Below, piece by piece: positions 15,724-23,290 of a stretch of 39,429 bases of DNA (positions are counted from its first letter, which is position 1; each line of letters opens with the position of its first letter). A program made the translations under genes and the position numbers. Origin of the DNA: a virus (taxonomy: Duplodnaviria > Caudoviricetes); the IMG/VR virus record IMGVR_UViG_3300020181_000019, positions 1-39,429 of that record; one strand, written 5' to 3'. The notes beneath the pieces were generated by a model. The model saw nothing but the letters and a program-made list of their open reading frames with translations. It made no database searches and was not told the origin of the DNA.

Positions 15724-15791
15724 GTACTATGTCGTATGGCTACATGCCGCCGCGTAGGCTGTCATGTTGGCTACACACTGAGGGAGAGTCT

Positions 15792-16889
15792 ATGGGAGAC
15801 CGGCGCCTGCGAGGCGAGGGGAGCATCTACCAGCGCGAGTCCGACGACCGGTGGGTCGGCGTGGTCGACCTGGGCTGGGTGGGTGGCAAGCGCGTCCGCA
15901 AGACCGTCACGGCGAAGACGCTGAGGGAACTGAAGCCGAAGTTCCAGGCGCTCAAGCGGCAGCTCGAGCAGGGGGTGCTCGCTGACGACGCGACCGTCGA
16001 GGCGTGGATGACTCACTGGATGACAGAGATTGCCAGCAAGAAGCTGCGCCCATCGACGCTGCGCACCTACCAGGGCTACATCGACCTGTGGATCGTCCCC
16101 CACCTCGGGAAGCGTCGTCTCGACCGCCTGCGACCGGACCACATCCGCGCCCTCTACTCCGTCATGGAGGCTGAGGGGAAGTCCGATGCGACCCGGCGAC
16201 AGGTGCACGCCATCCTGCGGCGCTCTCTCGTGATCGCTGAGCGCGACGGCCGCATCGCGTCGAACCCCGCGGCGAAGGTGGATGCTCCCGCCGTCGGGCA
16301 GGGCAGTCATGGGAAGTTCACCCTTCCTGAGGCCAAGAAGTTGCTCGAGCAGGTCAAGCGCATGGTCGACGACCCGACCGGACGAGCTCGCTGGACCGTC
16401 GCCCTGCTCGCTGGGCTGCGGCAGGGGGAGGCGCTCGGACTGCGCTGGTCCGATGTGAACTTCGCCGAGGACGTCATCGAGATTCGCCGGGCGGCACAGC
16501 GCATCAAGGGTGAGGGGATGCGCGTCGTCCCGCTCAAGTCGAAGTCATCGGAGCGGGGCGTGCCGATGGTCGCGCCGGTCCGGGCGGCGCTCGACGCCAT
16601 CCCTGACCGCGGCTTGTACGTCTTCGGCGGCGACGCCCTAACCGATCCGCGGCGGGACTGGGCGGCATGGCGGGCGTTCCTCGACCGGGCGGGCGTCGAG
16701 CGCCGGCCGCTTCATGCAGCGAGGGCGACGACGGCGTCTCTCCTGAGTGAGGCCGGGGTGCCGGACAAGATCATCGCCGAGATTCTCGGGCACTCCCAGG
16801 TCATCATCACGCAGAAGCACTACATCCAAGGCGACCTCGGGGTTCATCGGGCCGCGATGGGGAAGATGGACGACCTGCTGACGCTCTGA
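15792..16889 (+). CDS. int: tyrosine integrase
   Basis: GEGSIYQR N-terminus; GLRQGEALGLRW, HAAR, LGHS and KHY catalytic motifs; GGGAGAG RBS before ATG 15792. Confidence 0.95.
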   Translation: MGDRRLRGEGSIYQRESDDRWVGVVDLGWVGGKRVRKTVTAKTLRELKPKFQALKRQLEQGVLADDATVEAWMTHWMTEIASKKLRPSTLRTYQGYIDLWIVPHLGKRRLDRLRPDHIRALYSVMEAEGKSDATRRQVHAILRRSLVIAERDGRIASNPAAKVDAPAVGQGSHGKFTLPEAKKLLEQVKRMVDDPTGRARWTVALLAGLRQGEALGLRWSDVNFAEDVIEIRRAAQRIKGEGMRVVPLKSKSSERGVPMVAPVRAALDAIPDRGLYVFGGDALTDPRRDWAAWRAFLDRAGVERRPLHAARATTASLLSEAGVPDKIIAEILGHSQVIITQKHYIQGDLGVHRAAMGKMDDLLTL

Positions 16890-16921
16890 GCGCCGTCGTC
16901 CCCCACACCTACCCTCCACCC

Positions 16922-17149
16922 ATGCGCCCACCCGACGGCACTACCACCCGCGGCCACGCCTTCCCCAAGCACGTGTGGATCGACGTCACCGGCAGCTCCA
17001 CCTCCCGCTCCCCGGGTCTTCTCCTTGAGTGGCGCCGCACCCCGTCAGGCTGGGAGGCACTCTGCGTCTACGCGTCTGGCGGCGGCAACCGGCGTTGGTC
17101 GCTGACGGAGGCGTGGGTGCGGGCTGAGCACGTGTCGCCGGCCACTTGA
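16922..17149 (+). CDS. small Trp-rich beta protein, 75 aa
   Basis: HVWID...PGLLLEWRR...WEALCVY...EAWV; TACCCT 6 nt before ATG suggests leaderless mRNA. Confidence 0.7.
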   Translation: MRPPDGTTTRGHAFPKHVWIDVTGSSTSRSPGLLLEWRRTPSGWEALCVYASGGGNRRWSLTEAWVRAEHVSPAT

Positions 17150-17176
17150 ACGCCGCCGTTCAAGTAGGGTGCAAGT

Positions 17177-17260
17177 AGGCGCCGCCCGCACTCGGAGTTC
17201 CTTCGCCAGAATCTCTCGCTCGGTTCCGTAAGTACGAAACCTCGCGGGCGGCGTCTTTCT
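17177..17260 (+). ncRNA. candidate structured small RNA (three-way junction)
   Basis: 12-bp closing stem 17178-17189/17244-17255, two inner hairpins, TTTCT tail, TAGGGT -10 at 17165-17170. Confidence 0.45.
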
Positions 17261-17473
17261 CGTCCCGCGCTGCACCTTAAGGACCTAACAGGCCGACTGT
17301 TAGGACGTTAAGGACGGACGACCCGGCACGCGACCCGACTTCGTGCCGGGTAGGTGCGGCGTCGTGGCGGCTGTCGGCGGCGGCGAGTAGTCTGAACGAA
17401 AGCGGCCCGCCGCTACTCCTGGCGGGGAGGCGACGGGCCTTGATGCTCCACCTGACTGAGAGGTGTCACACCC

Positions 17474-17644
17474 ATGAGCAACGCTACACAGGTCACATGC
17501 GCCAATTGCGGTCAGCCGATTGAGCGGCCTCGCGCTGGGAGTTACCCGCACGGCGTGGAGTGGGTGCATGTGGAGAGCCCGATCGGCAAAGGCAATCGTT
17601 ACTGCGGATTCAATGGCGGCGTCGCGAAGGCCGGTCGCGCATGA
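17474..17644 (+). CDS. small zinc-binding protein, 56 aa (MSNATQVTCANCGQPI...WVH...YC)
   Basis: Not in ORF track; GAGAGG RBS; ATGA overlap with next gene. Confidence 0.7.
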   Translation: MSNATQVTCANCGQPIERPRAGSYPHGVEWVHVESPIGKGNRYCGFNGGVAKAGRA

Positions 17645-17946
17645 CCACCGCCACCACCACCCTCACAGACTGGCTCCTCGCGTGCATTACGGATGATGAG
17701 GCGGTGGCGCGGGCGAATATGGCGGGCGGTCCGTTTGGCACGTCATATCGGCGTGGCGTTGACGGCAGCCTGCTGGTCCCGCCCGCCCGCGTGCTGGCCG
17801 AGTGTGAGGCCAAGCGGCGGATCGTGGAGCGTCACCGGTCGTGCGATGACGTGTCGTTCGGCGACCAGTCGACATGTCCCGACCTCTGCGACCTCGCCCT
17901 GCCCTACGCCGACCGCCCGGGCTATCAGGAAGCGTGGCGGCCGTGA
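17641..17946 (+). CDS. DUF6221-like hypothetical protein, 101 aa
   Basis: PARVLAECEAKRRIVERH and LALPYADRPGYQEAWRP motifs, recognised from memory as an actinobacterial family. Confidence 0.7.
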   Translation: MTTATTTLTDWLLACITDDEAVARANMAGGPFGTSYRRGVDGSLLVPPARVLAECEAKRRIVERHRSCDDVSFGDQSTCPDLCDLALPYADRPGYQEAWRP

Positions 17947-18242
17947 GCATGGACGTGCCCGAGGACCGCACGCCCTTTGAACGCCTGAGCAGCGCGAAGG
18001 GCAAGACGACCGCCGAAGTCGCCGCATTCGACCGCTTCTTCGCCGGACTTCGCGAGCGCGTCATCGCGGAGGAGAAGCTCGCGCTGGAGATCGGCGAGGT
18101 CACGGGGGCGCTCCGGAACTTCGCTGCGGCGTGGCAGGTGAGCGAGGACCGCATAACCACCGACGAGGCGCGCCAAGTCGCCAGCCACCCGGACCTAGCC
18201 GAGGTCAACGTCCGGCTCGACGCGCTGTACGACCTGCCCTAG
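17943..18242 (+). CDS. hypothetical protein, ~99 aa
   Basis: GTGA overlap; helical composition. Confidence 0.65.
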   Translation: MSMDVPEDRTPFERLSSAKGKTTAEVAAFDRFFAGLRERVIAEEKLALEIGEVTGALRNFAAAWQVSEDRITTDEARQVASHPDLAEVNVRLDALYDLP

Positions 18243-18248
18243 AACGCC

Positions 18249-18287
18249 GAAACCGCCCACCCTCCTTCCGGTAAGGAGAGTGGGCGG
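18249..18287. terminator. intrinsic terminator-like hairpin
   Basis: CCGCCCACCCTCCTT...AAGGAGAGTGGGCGG; U-tract on - strand. Confidence 0.6.
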
Positions 18288-18467
18288 CTCGTCGGCTCAG
18301 CGACTCAGCACGCCCCCCACATGCCGCGCTGAGCACGCTTGGCCCTCGCCTGCTCGCCTGAGGGTAGGTCAGTCAAGGCGGTCCTGCCACAGCACGCCGA
18401 AAAGCGGCCGCCGATCTGGGCATGCGAAAGTGCCCCCACGTCGACGGGGAAGCGCTACCGTCCTGTC

Positions 18468-18971
18468 ATGCGATCAGTACTCACCGGCTCAATCGCCGCC
18501 GTCGCAGTCATCGCGCTCGCCGGTAGCGCCGCGGGTGCCGGCGGTCCGCTCGACCTGCCTGAGTACCCGGAGTACGACGTGCCGTCTGGGGCTGTCACCT
18601 CGGCCGAGGTCGTCGAGGTGCACGACTGCGTCCACGGCGTCCGCACTCGCGCCGAGGTCACCTACGACTCCGGCTCGACGTACCTGTCGACACTGTCCCC
18701 GACGCTGCGTTGGATGACGGTCGAGGAGGCAGCCGCAGCCGGATGCACCGACCCCCTGGACCGGATGCCGCTCGGGCTGGTCGAGAACGCGACGGAGGCG
18801 TTTTGGAACAAGGCCGCTGACTACGACCGCGCGCGAGCTGACGTGGTGTACGCCGTTGAGACGCTGGTGAAGCGGGACAAGACGATCACGGATCTGAACG
18901 CCACGATCGAGCGCAAGGACGCTCGCATCGACCGGCTCAAGGCGAAGGTCAAGCGCCTGCGTCAGCGCTGA
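18468..18971 (+). CDS. secreted/membrane-anchored protein with C-terminal coiled coil, 167 aa
   Basis: Signal-peptide-like MRSVLTGSIAAVAVIALAGSAAGA; tail TIERKDARIDRLKAKVKRLRQR; TACCGT 6 nt before ATG. Confidence 0.75.
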   Translation: MRSVLTGSIAAVAVIALAGSAAGAGGPLDLPEYPEYDVPSGAVTSAEVVEVHDCVHGVRTRAEVTYDSGSTYLSTLSPTLRWMTVEEAAAAGCTDPLDRMPLGLVENATEAFWNKAADYDRARADVVYAVETLVKRDKTITDLNATIERKDARIDRLKAKVKRLRQR

Positions 18972-18978
18972 CAACGAC

Positions 18979-19014
18979 GAAAGCGCCCCGCCCTCCGAAG
19001 AGGACGGGGCGCTT
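18979..19014 (-). terminator. late-operon terminator
   Basis: AAGCGCCCCG...cTTCGg...CGGGGCGCTTTCG between convergent genes. Confidence 0.75.
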
Positions 19015-19049
19015 GCAAGGGAGCAACCTTGCGGTTCGAGTGTAGGCGG

Positions 19050-19220
19050 TCAGCCCGGCAAACTGAGGTCTGCCGGATCCCCACCACCCTCGATGTACTT
19101 CTCTGCCAGCGCGGTGATGGTGGCGGGGATGGTGGCGAGGTTGCTGCGGCGTTCCTGTTCGTTGAGGACGTCGGTGCGGAGTTGGTCGAGGTCGGCGTCA
19201 GTGAGGGTCGTGAGGTCCAT
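19050..19220 (-). CDS. small helical protein, 56 aa (MDLTTLTDADLDQL...), possible fibre chaperone
   Basis: AGGAGA RBS; last gene of the late operon. Confidence 0.7.
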   Translation of the reverse strand: MDLTTLTDADLDQLRTDVLNEQERRSNLATIPATITALAEKYIEGGGDPADLSLPG

Positions 19221-19236
19221 GTCCGAGATCTCCTGT

Positions 19237-20535
19237 CTAGACGGGGTTGCCGGGGAGAGATGGGGGCCAAGGCTGGGAAGCCTGGGGTGTCCATTGGATA
19301 GATCCGTTTCCACCGCTTGCCACGCCCGTGGGGCAAACCACCGCTGGAGTTGTGTTGATCTGAAGCAGTGCTGGCGCCGAGCCGAACATCGCCACCTGGC
19401 CGTCAGCAGACTCCACTCGAAAGCCGACCGCAGGAACCCACAAGGTGGTGGATGTCGCGTTCTGCCCGTTCAAGGAGCGGTAGCGGAACACGACGGCGTT
19501 GGTTAGACGTCGCACCGCCACGCCGGTGGTCCCACCCTGGCCCGTCCAGCCGTTGACCAACTCGGCGGAGATGTCGCGCCAGCCCGTGTCCCCGTAGACC
19601 ACCCGCCACCCGGTGTTGCCAGCGCCGGACGCCTTGACCCACTCGACGGCGCCATTGGTGGCGGCGGTGTCGACGTACTTCGTGCCGACTGGGGCGGTGA
19701 CGACGCTCTCGGGGAAGCCGGTGCCGGTCATCGTGTTGCCGGGCCGGGGAGCACTGGTGCGCACTTCGACCCATGGCTGCCAGATGCCCCCGAACCGAGT
19801 CCTGAACCACTGGTTCGAACGAGTCGTCCCGAATCCGGACTCGGTCGTGATCGAGATTGCCCGCTGGACCATCGTGCCCGCTTGAACACTGACCTCGATC
19901 CAACCGGCCCACACATCCAACGGATAGTGGAGGACCGTTGTCACGCCGACTGACGAGCCTCGGAAGTACATCCCCGGGGTGGTCAAGGTGTCGACATCGA
20001 CTCCATCCCCAATCACCCCCGCGACCGGCAACTGACCCTCCGCACCCCACCGCAGCCCTGTCGCCTGCGTCGAGTCGGCGAACAACTGCCGCCCGTTCGC
20101 CCCGACCGCGAGGCGACCCGGGGTGTCGGCGGCGGTGCCGACGATCAGGTCGCCCTTCGCGTCGATGAGGGACTTGGGGACGGCGGCAGTGACGGCATCT
20201 TCCGCCTCCGTGGCCGCCGCCTCGGCCGCAGTAGCCGCAGCCTGAGCAGCCGCCGCACTCTCCGCCCCACTCGCCACCAGACGCAGCCGACCACCACCAG
20301 CATCGACCCACATCTCCACGACACCATCAGGCCCCTCGAACAGAGGGATCTCGCCGTCGACCGGAGTAGTGATCGACGACACCGGCGCACCGTTCAGCAG
20401 CAGGTCAGTGAACTGGGTGCCGCCGACCTCCGCATCCCAGAACGTCAGGGCCGCCGGCGTGACACGCATCTGACCTGCCGGACCGACGACCATAGTGAAG
20501 TCGGCAGGCGTCTTGCCGAACGACGCGCGTGCCAC
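19237..20535 (-). CDS. tail fibre / receptor-binding-like protein, 432 aa
   Basis: Ala-rich linker, AKGDLIVGTA and knob-like segment (DTLTTPGMY...WFRT...WQPW), GTGFPESVVTAPVG...GDTGWR motif. Confidence 0.7.
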   Translation of the reverse strand: MARASFGKTPADFTMVVGPAGQMRVTPAALTFWDAEVGGTQFTDLLLNGAPVSSITTPVDGEIPLFEGPDGVVEMWVDAGGGRLRLVASGAESAAAAQAAATAAEAAATEAEDAVTAAVPKSLIDAKGDLIVGTAADTPGRLAVGANGRQLFADSTQATGLRWGAEGQLPVAGVIGDGVDVDTLTTPGMYFRGSSVGVTTVLHYPLDVWAGWIEVSVQAGTMVQRAISITTESGFGTTRSNQWFRTRFGGIWQPWVEVRTSAPRPGNTMTGTGFPESVVTAPVGTKYVDTAATNGAVEWVKASGAGNTGWRVVYGDTGWRDISAELVNGWTGQGGTTGVAVRRLTNAVVFRYRSLNGQNATSTTLWVPAVGFRVESADGQVAMFGSAPALLQINTTPAVVCPTGVASGGNGSIQWTPQASQPWPPSLPGNPV

Positions 20536-20536
20536 G

Positions 20537-20656
20537 TCAGACCCCCCTGGGCCGGTACTGCCGCTGGGAGATCAGCCACATGGCGCCAGCGAAGATGAGC
20601 TGAGCGGCGGACCAGCCGACGACGGCCTCGCAGCGGCCCTTCCAGCGAGGGGACAT
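20537..20656 (-). CDS. small hydrophobic peptide, 39 aa
   Basis: TGATG overlap with holin stop; one hydrophobic helix. Confidence 0.45.
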   Translation of the reverse strand: MSPRWKGRCEAVVGWSAAQLIFAGAMWLISQRQYRPRGV

Positions 20657-20892
20657 CACTCGCCGCCCGGAGCGACCTTGAGCCGCATCACGTAGGACGC
20701 GACCGCCGTCAGGACCGACTTCGCCACCGCAGTGCCGAGCACGATCCACGCCTCGACCTTGGAGATGTCGGCGTCAGGCAGCCACACGAGCAGGACCGCC
20801 GCGACGGCGACAAGCACGTCGATGGCGAGGCCCTGGATGAGGGTGCGCCAGCCGCGGTCAGCAGCATCGGCGCGGGTGGGAGTGGTGGTCAT
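20656..20892 (-). CDS. holin (two TM helices), 78 aa
   Basis: DRGWRTLIQGLAIDVLVAVAAVLLVW...AKSVLTAVASYV; GGAGGA RBS. Confidence 0.7.
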   Translation of the reverse strand: MTTTPTRADAADRGWRTLIQGLAIDVLVAVAAVLLVWLPDADISKVEAWIVLGTAVAKSVLTAVASYVMRLKVAPGGE

Positions 20893-21587
20893 GGCTTCCT
20901 CCGGGGTGTGAACTCGACCGCGACCTCGTGGCCGCGGTGCATGGGCTCGATGCCGAGCGCGAAGTCGGTGTGGGTGTGCTCGCCGACGCGGCGACCCTTG
21001 GCAGCGATGGCGACGCCGTAGTCGGGGGCGTCCTTGAACAGCAGCTCGACGTCGTGACCCTCTGGCGCGAGGTCGCGCCATGGGAAGTTGCGGTCGTTGC
21101 CGTCGAAGGGAGTGATTACGTCGTCGCCGCGCTCGAGCGCCTTGCGGATGGCGCGACGGTGGCGCGCGAAGACCGCCCGCCATGCGACGCCGAGCAGCGC
21201 CCGCACGGCACGCGGACGAGCGCCGTTCCTGTAGCCAGCCGGGTACTTCGTCCACACCAACGTCACGCCGCCGTCGAGCCGGACGCTGTTGACCCACCGG
21301 ACCGGCGACTGACCACGAATGCCGGCAGCAGCGCGCTTGAGCGACTTGCCCGACACCTTGACGCGGCGGCGGATGAACGCGCCCGCCTTGGTCCGCAGCC
21401 CGACCTTGCGCCAGAACCGACCGAAGCGACGGCGTGCGAGCTGGACGTCGTCGTAGCCCTTGTCGCCCTCGTTGATCTCGGTGACCACCACCGCGTCGGC
21501 GTCCTGACCGTGCTTGCGGACGGCATCCCACGCCTTCGCGACCTTGGCGCGTGGACCGCGGCCGAGGTCGGCGTAGACGATCCTCAC
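20889..21587 (-). CDS. divergent endonuclease/exonuclease/phosphatase (EEP)-fold protein, 232 aa
   Basis: Motif order MRIVYADL / DAVVVTEI / LVWTK / VITPFDGN / PDY / PMH mirrors EEP TxN / D-xx-xQE / NTH / GDFN / IDY / SDH. Confidence 0.55.
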   Translation of the reverse strand: MRIVYADLGRGPRAKVAKAWDAVRKHGQDADAVVVTEINEGDKGYDDVQLARRRFGRFWRKVGLRTKAGAFIRRRVKVSGKSLKRAAAGIRGQSPVRWVNSVRLDGGVTLVWTKYPAGYRNGARPRAVRALLGVAWRAVFARHRRAIRKALERGDDVITPFDGNDRNFPWRDLAPEGHDVELLFKDAPDYGVAIAAKGRRVGEHTHTDFALGIEPMHRGHEVAVEFTPRRKP

Positions 21588-22288
21588 TTCACGACGGCCT
21601 TGTGAATGTTCTTGATCGCCTGCCGGAAGGACATTCTGCGAAAGGCTTTGTCACCCTTCGGCTCGTTCGCGTTCATGTCGGCGTCGAGCACGTCGTCGAC
21701 TGCGGCGCGAGCCTCCTCGCGGATGATCTTGCGGAGCGTCTTCTCGTCCATGTCCAGCTCCTCACGACTCACAGCGGCGACACGGCGACGGAACGCGGCC
21801 ATGTCGAAGTTCGGGTCCGACTTGCGGCCAGCCGGTTGGCAGACCTCCTTGTGGCCGAGCACCCGCTCGACCGGCACGGCGTAGTGCTCGCACAGCGCGG
21901 CGCACAGGCGGGCGTAGGCGTCCATCTGGGCCGCCGGCCACGAGGACAGGCCGTCCGCCTCGGCCTCGATGCCGATGGAGTGCCAGTTGTCCATCCACGA
22001 CTGCCTCGTGGCGCCGGCGTGGTAGGCGACCCCGGCGGCGATCACGTAGACCGTGCCGTTGCGACCGAGGCCGAGGTTGGCGAGCGGGCCGTCGAGGTCG
22101 GGGCGGCCATCGCGGACGACGCGGATGGACGGGTAGTCGCCGCTGGCCGTGCGAGAGGTCGCCGTGTGGTGGCAGACGATGGAGTCGACCGAGGCGAGCA
22201 CCCCGTGGCCGCGGTGGCGCCAGCCGGAGACCTCCACGACCGAGAGGCCGGACTTGCGGGCAGCGACGGCGAGGTCGGTCAGCAGCAC
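21584..22288 (-). CDS. endolysin, N-acetylmuramoyl-L-alanine amidase (Amidase_2 type)
   Basis: IVCHHTA, AYHAG, SIGIEAE, LGHKE, KSDP; AGGAG RBS. Confidence 0.9.
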   Translation of the reverse strand: MLLTDLAVAARKSGLSVVEVSGWRHRGHGVLASVDSIVCHHTATSRTASGDYPSIRVVRDGRPDLDGPLANLGLGRNGTVYVIAAGVAYHAGATRQSWMDNWHSIGIEAEADGLSSWPAAQMDAYARLCAALCEHYAVPVERVLGHKEVCQPAGRKSDPNFDMAAFRRRVAAVSREELDMDEKTLRKIIREEARAAVDDVLDADMNANEPKGDKAFRRMSFRQAIKNIHKAVVK

Positions 22289-22347
22289 GGCGGTCTCCTC
22301 TGTTGAATTGGCGCCCGCGATCAGGCGGGCCAGTCGGACGCGGAGAT

Positions 22348-22728
22348 TCAGCGGCGGCGCTCGACTTCGCGGAGGTCGGCGAGTTGTGCAGCCCTCAGTA
22401 CGAGGGCGCGAATCAAGAGCGCCACGAACGCCCCCACCCCGATGGCGGTGAGCATGAAGTCACGGCCCGGGTAATCGCCGAGCAGGCGGTACAACAGCGT
22501 CGCCAGCGTCCACAGCAGCACCGTGACGGCGAGCAGCATCAGCGACCGGCCGAACCACGTCTTCCACCACGGGTCGCGCAGGTACATCACGATGAACCAG
22601 AGCGTCACCGGCATCGTCGGCACCGCCATCGCCACCTGGACCCGCTCGCCGCCGAACAGCCACGCGACGAACCCCAACGCTCCCAGCACGACCAGCGTCC
22701 CAACTGTCAGCACAACTGCCCGTCTCAT
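22348..22728 (-). CDS. 4-TM membrane protein, holin-like, 126 aa
   Basis: Four hydrophobic segments with PWWKTWFGRSLM; GGGAGG RBS. Confidence 0.7.
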   Translation of the reverse strand: MRRAVVLTVGTLVVLGALGFVAWLFGGERVQVAMAVPTMPVTLWFIVMYLRDPWWKTWFGRSLMLLAVTVLLWTLATLLYRLLGDYPGRDFMLTAIGVGAFVALLIRALVLRAAQLADLREVERRR

Positions 22729-22913
22729 GCTCGCCTCCCGGCCTCGAAGATCTGCGTGAGGTGGTTGCGGTCCAGCCGCTCCCTCGCCCACTTGCTCACC
22801 CCGAGAGCCTCTTGACGCTGTAGTTCGATCGCGGGTCCGAGACGGTCTGACTTCTTGATCGCCTCGCGGGATTCCTCCACCTGCTTGCGCCGGCTGCGCC
22901 ACAACCACGTCAT
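22725..22913 (-). CDS. small basic protein, 62 aa, lysis-cassette associated
   Basis: ATGA overlaps at both ends. Confidence 0.7.
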   Translation of the reverse strand: MTWLWRSRRKQVEESREAIKKSDRLGPAIELQRQEALGVSKWARERLDRNHLTQIFEAGRRA

Positions 22914-23182
22914 GTCGACTCGCCCTCTGCATTGCTCGCCCGGATGGCTGCGTCGATCGCCGCCTTCTGGAACTTGCCGACCGCGGTCATCTCAGCGACG
23001 GTGGCGATCAAGGTGTCCCGGCCCTCTTCGGCCTTCTCGGCTCTGGCGATGTAGACGTCCGCCTCGCGTCGCGGGACGAACAACTTGCCCGTGAACAGAC
23101 CCCACACGAACAAGGCCACCAGCGACCAGCCCGTGCCTGAGACGCCCAGCCACACGCCCCACGGCATGCCCTCGATGGTCAT
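22910..23182 (-). CDS. membrane protein, 90 aa, lysis-cassette associated
   Basis: N-terminal TM then TGKLFVPRR and a helical tail. Confidence 0.7.
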   Translation of the reverse strand: MTIEGMPWGVWLGVSGTGWSLVALFVWGLFTGKLFVPRREADVYIARAEKAEEGRDTLIATVAEMTAVGKFQKAAIDAAIRASNAEGEST

Positions 23183-23290
23183 CGCGGCCCCCCTCGCGAT
23201 CAGGCAGCCGCTAGACGAAGCCCGGCCGCGTGGTGTTGCCTCATTGGACGCATACGACCGGGGCGGCTACGCCCTCAGAGAGGTGCTCCA

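Larger units (their letters stand above)
15596..15777. mobile_element. attP: tRNA-derived core flanked by arm-type repeats
   Basis: GGCTACA/GGCTGTC at 15600, 15612, 15738, 15757, 15769, same orientation, pairs 12 bp apart; next to integrase. Confidence 0.8.

Noticed and set aside
17146-17163. LexA box at TTGAAC...GTTCAA
   Set aside because: Spacer is 6 nt, not 4.
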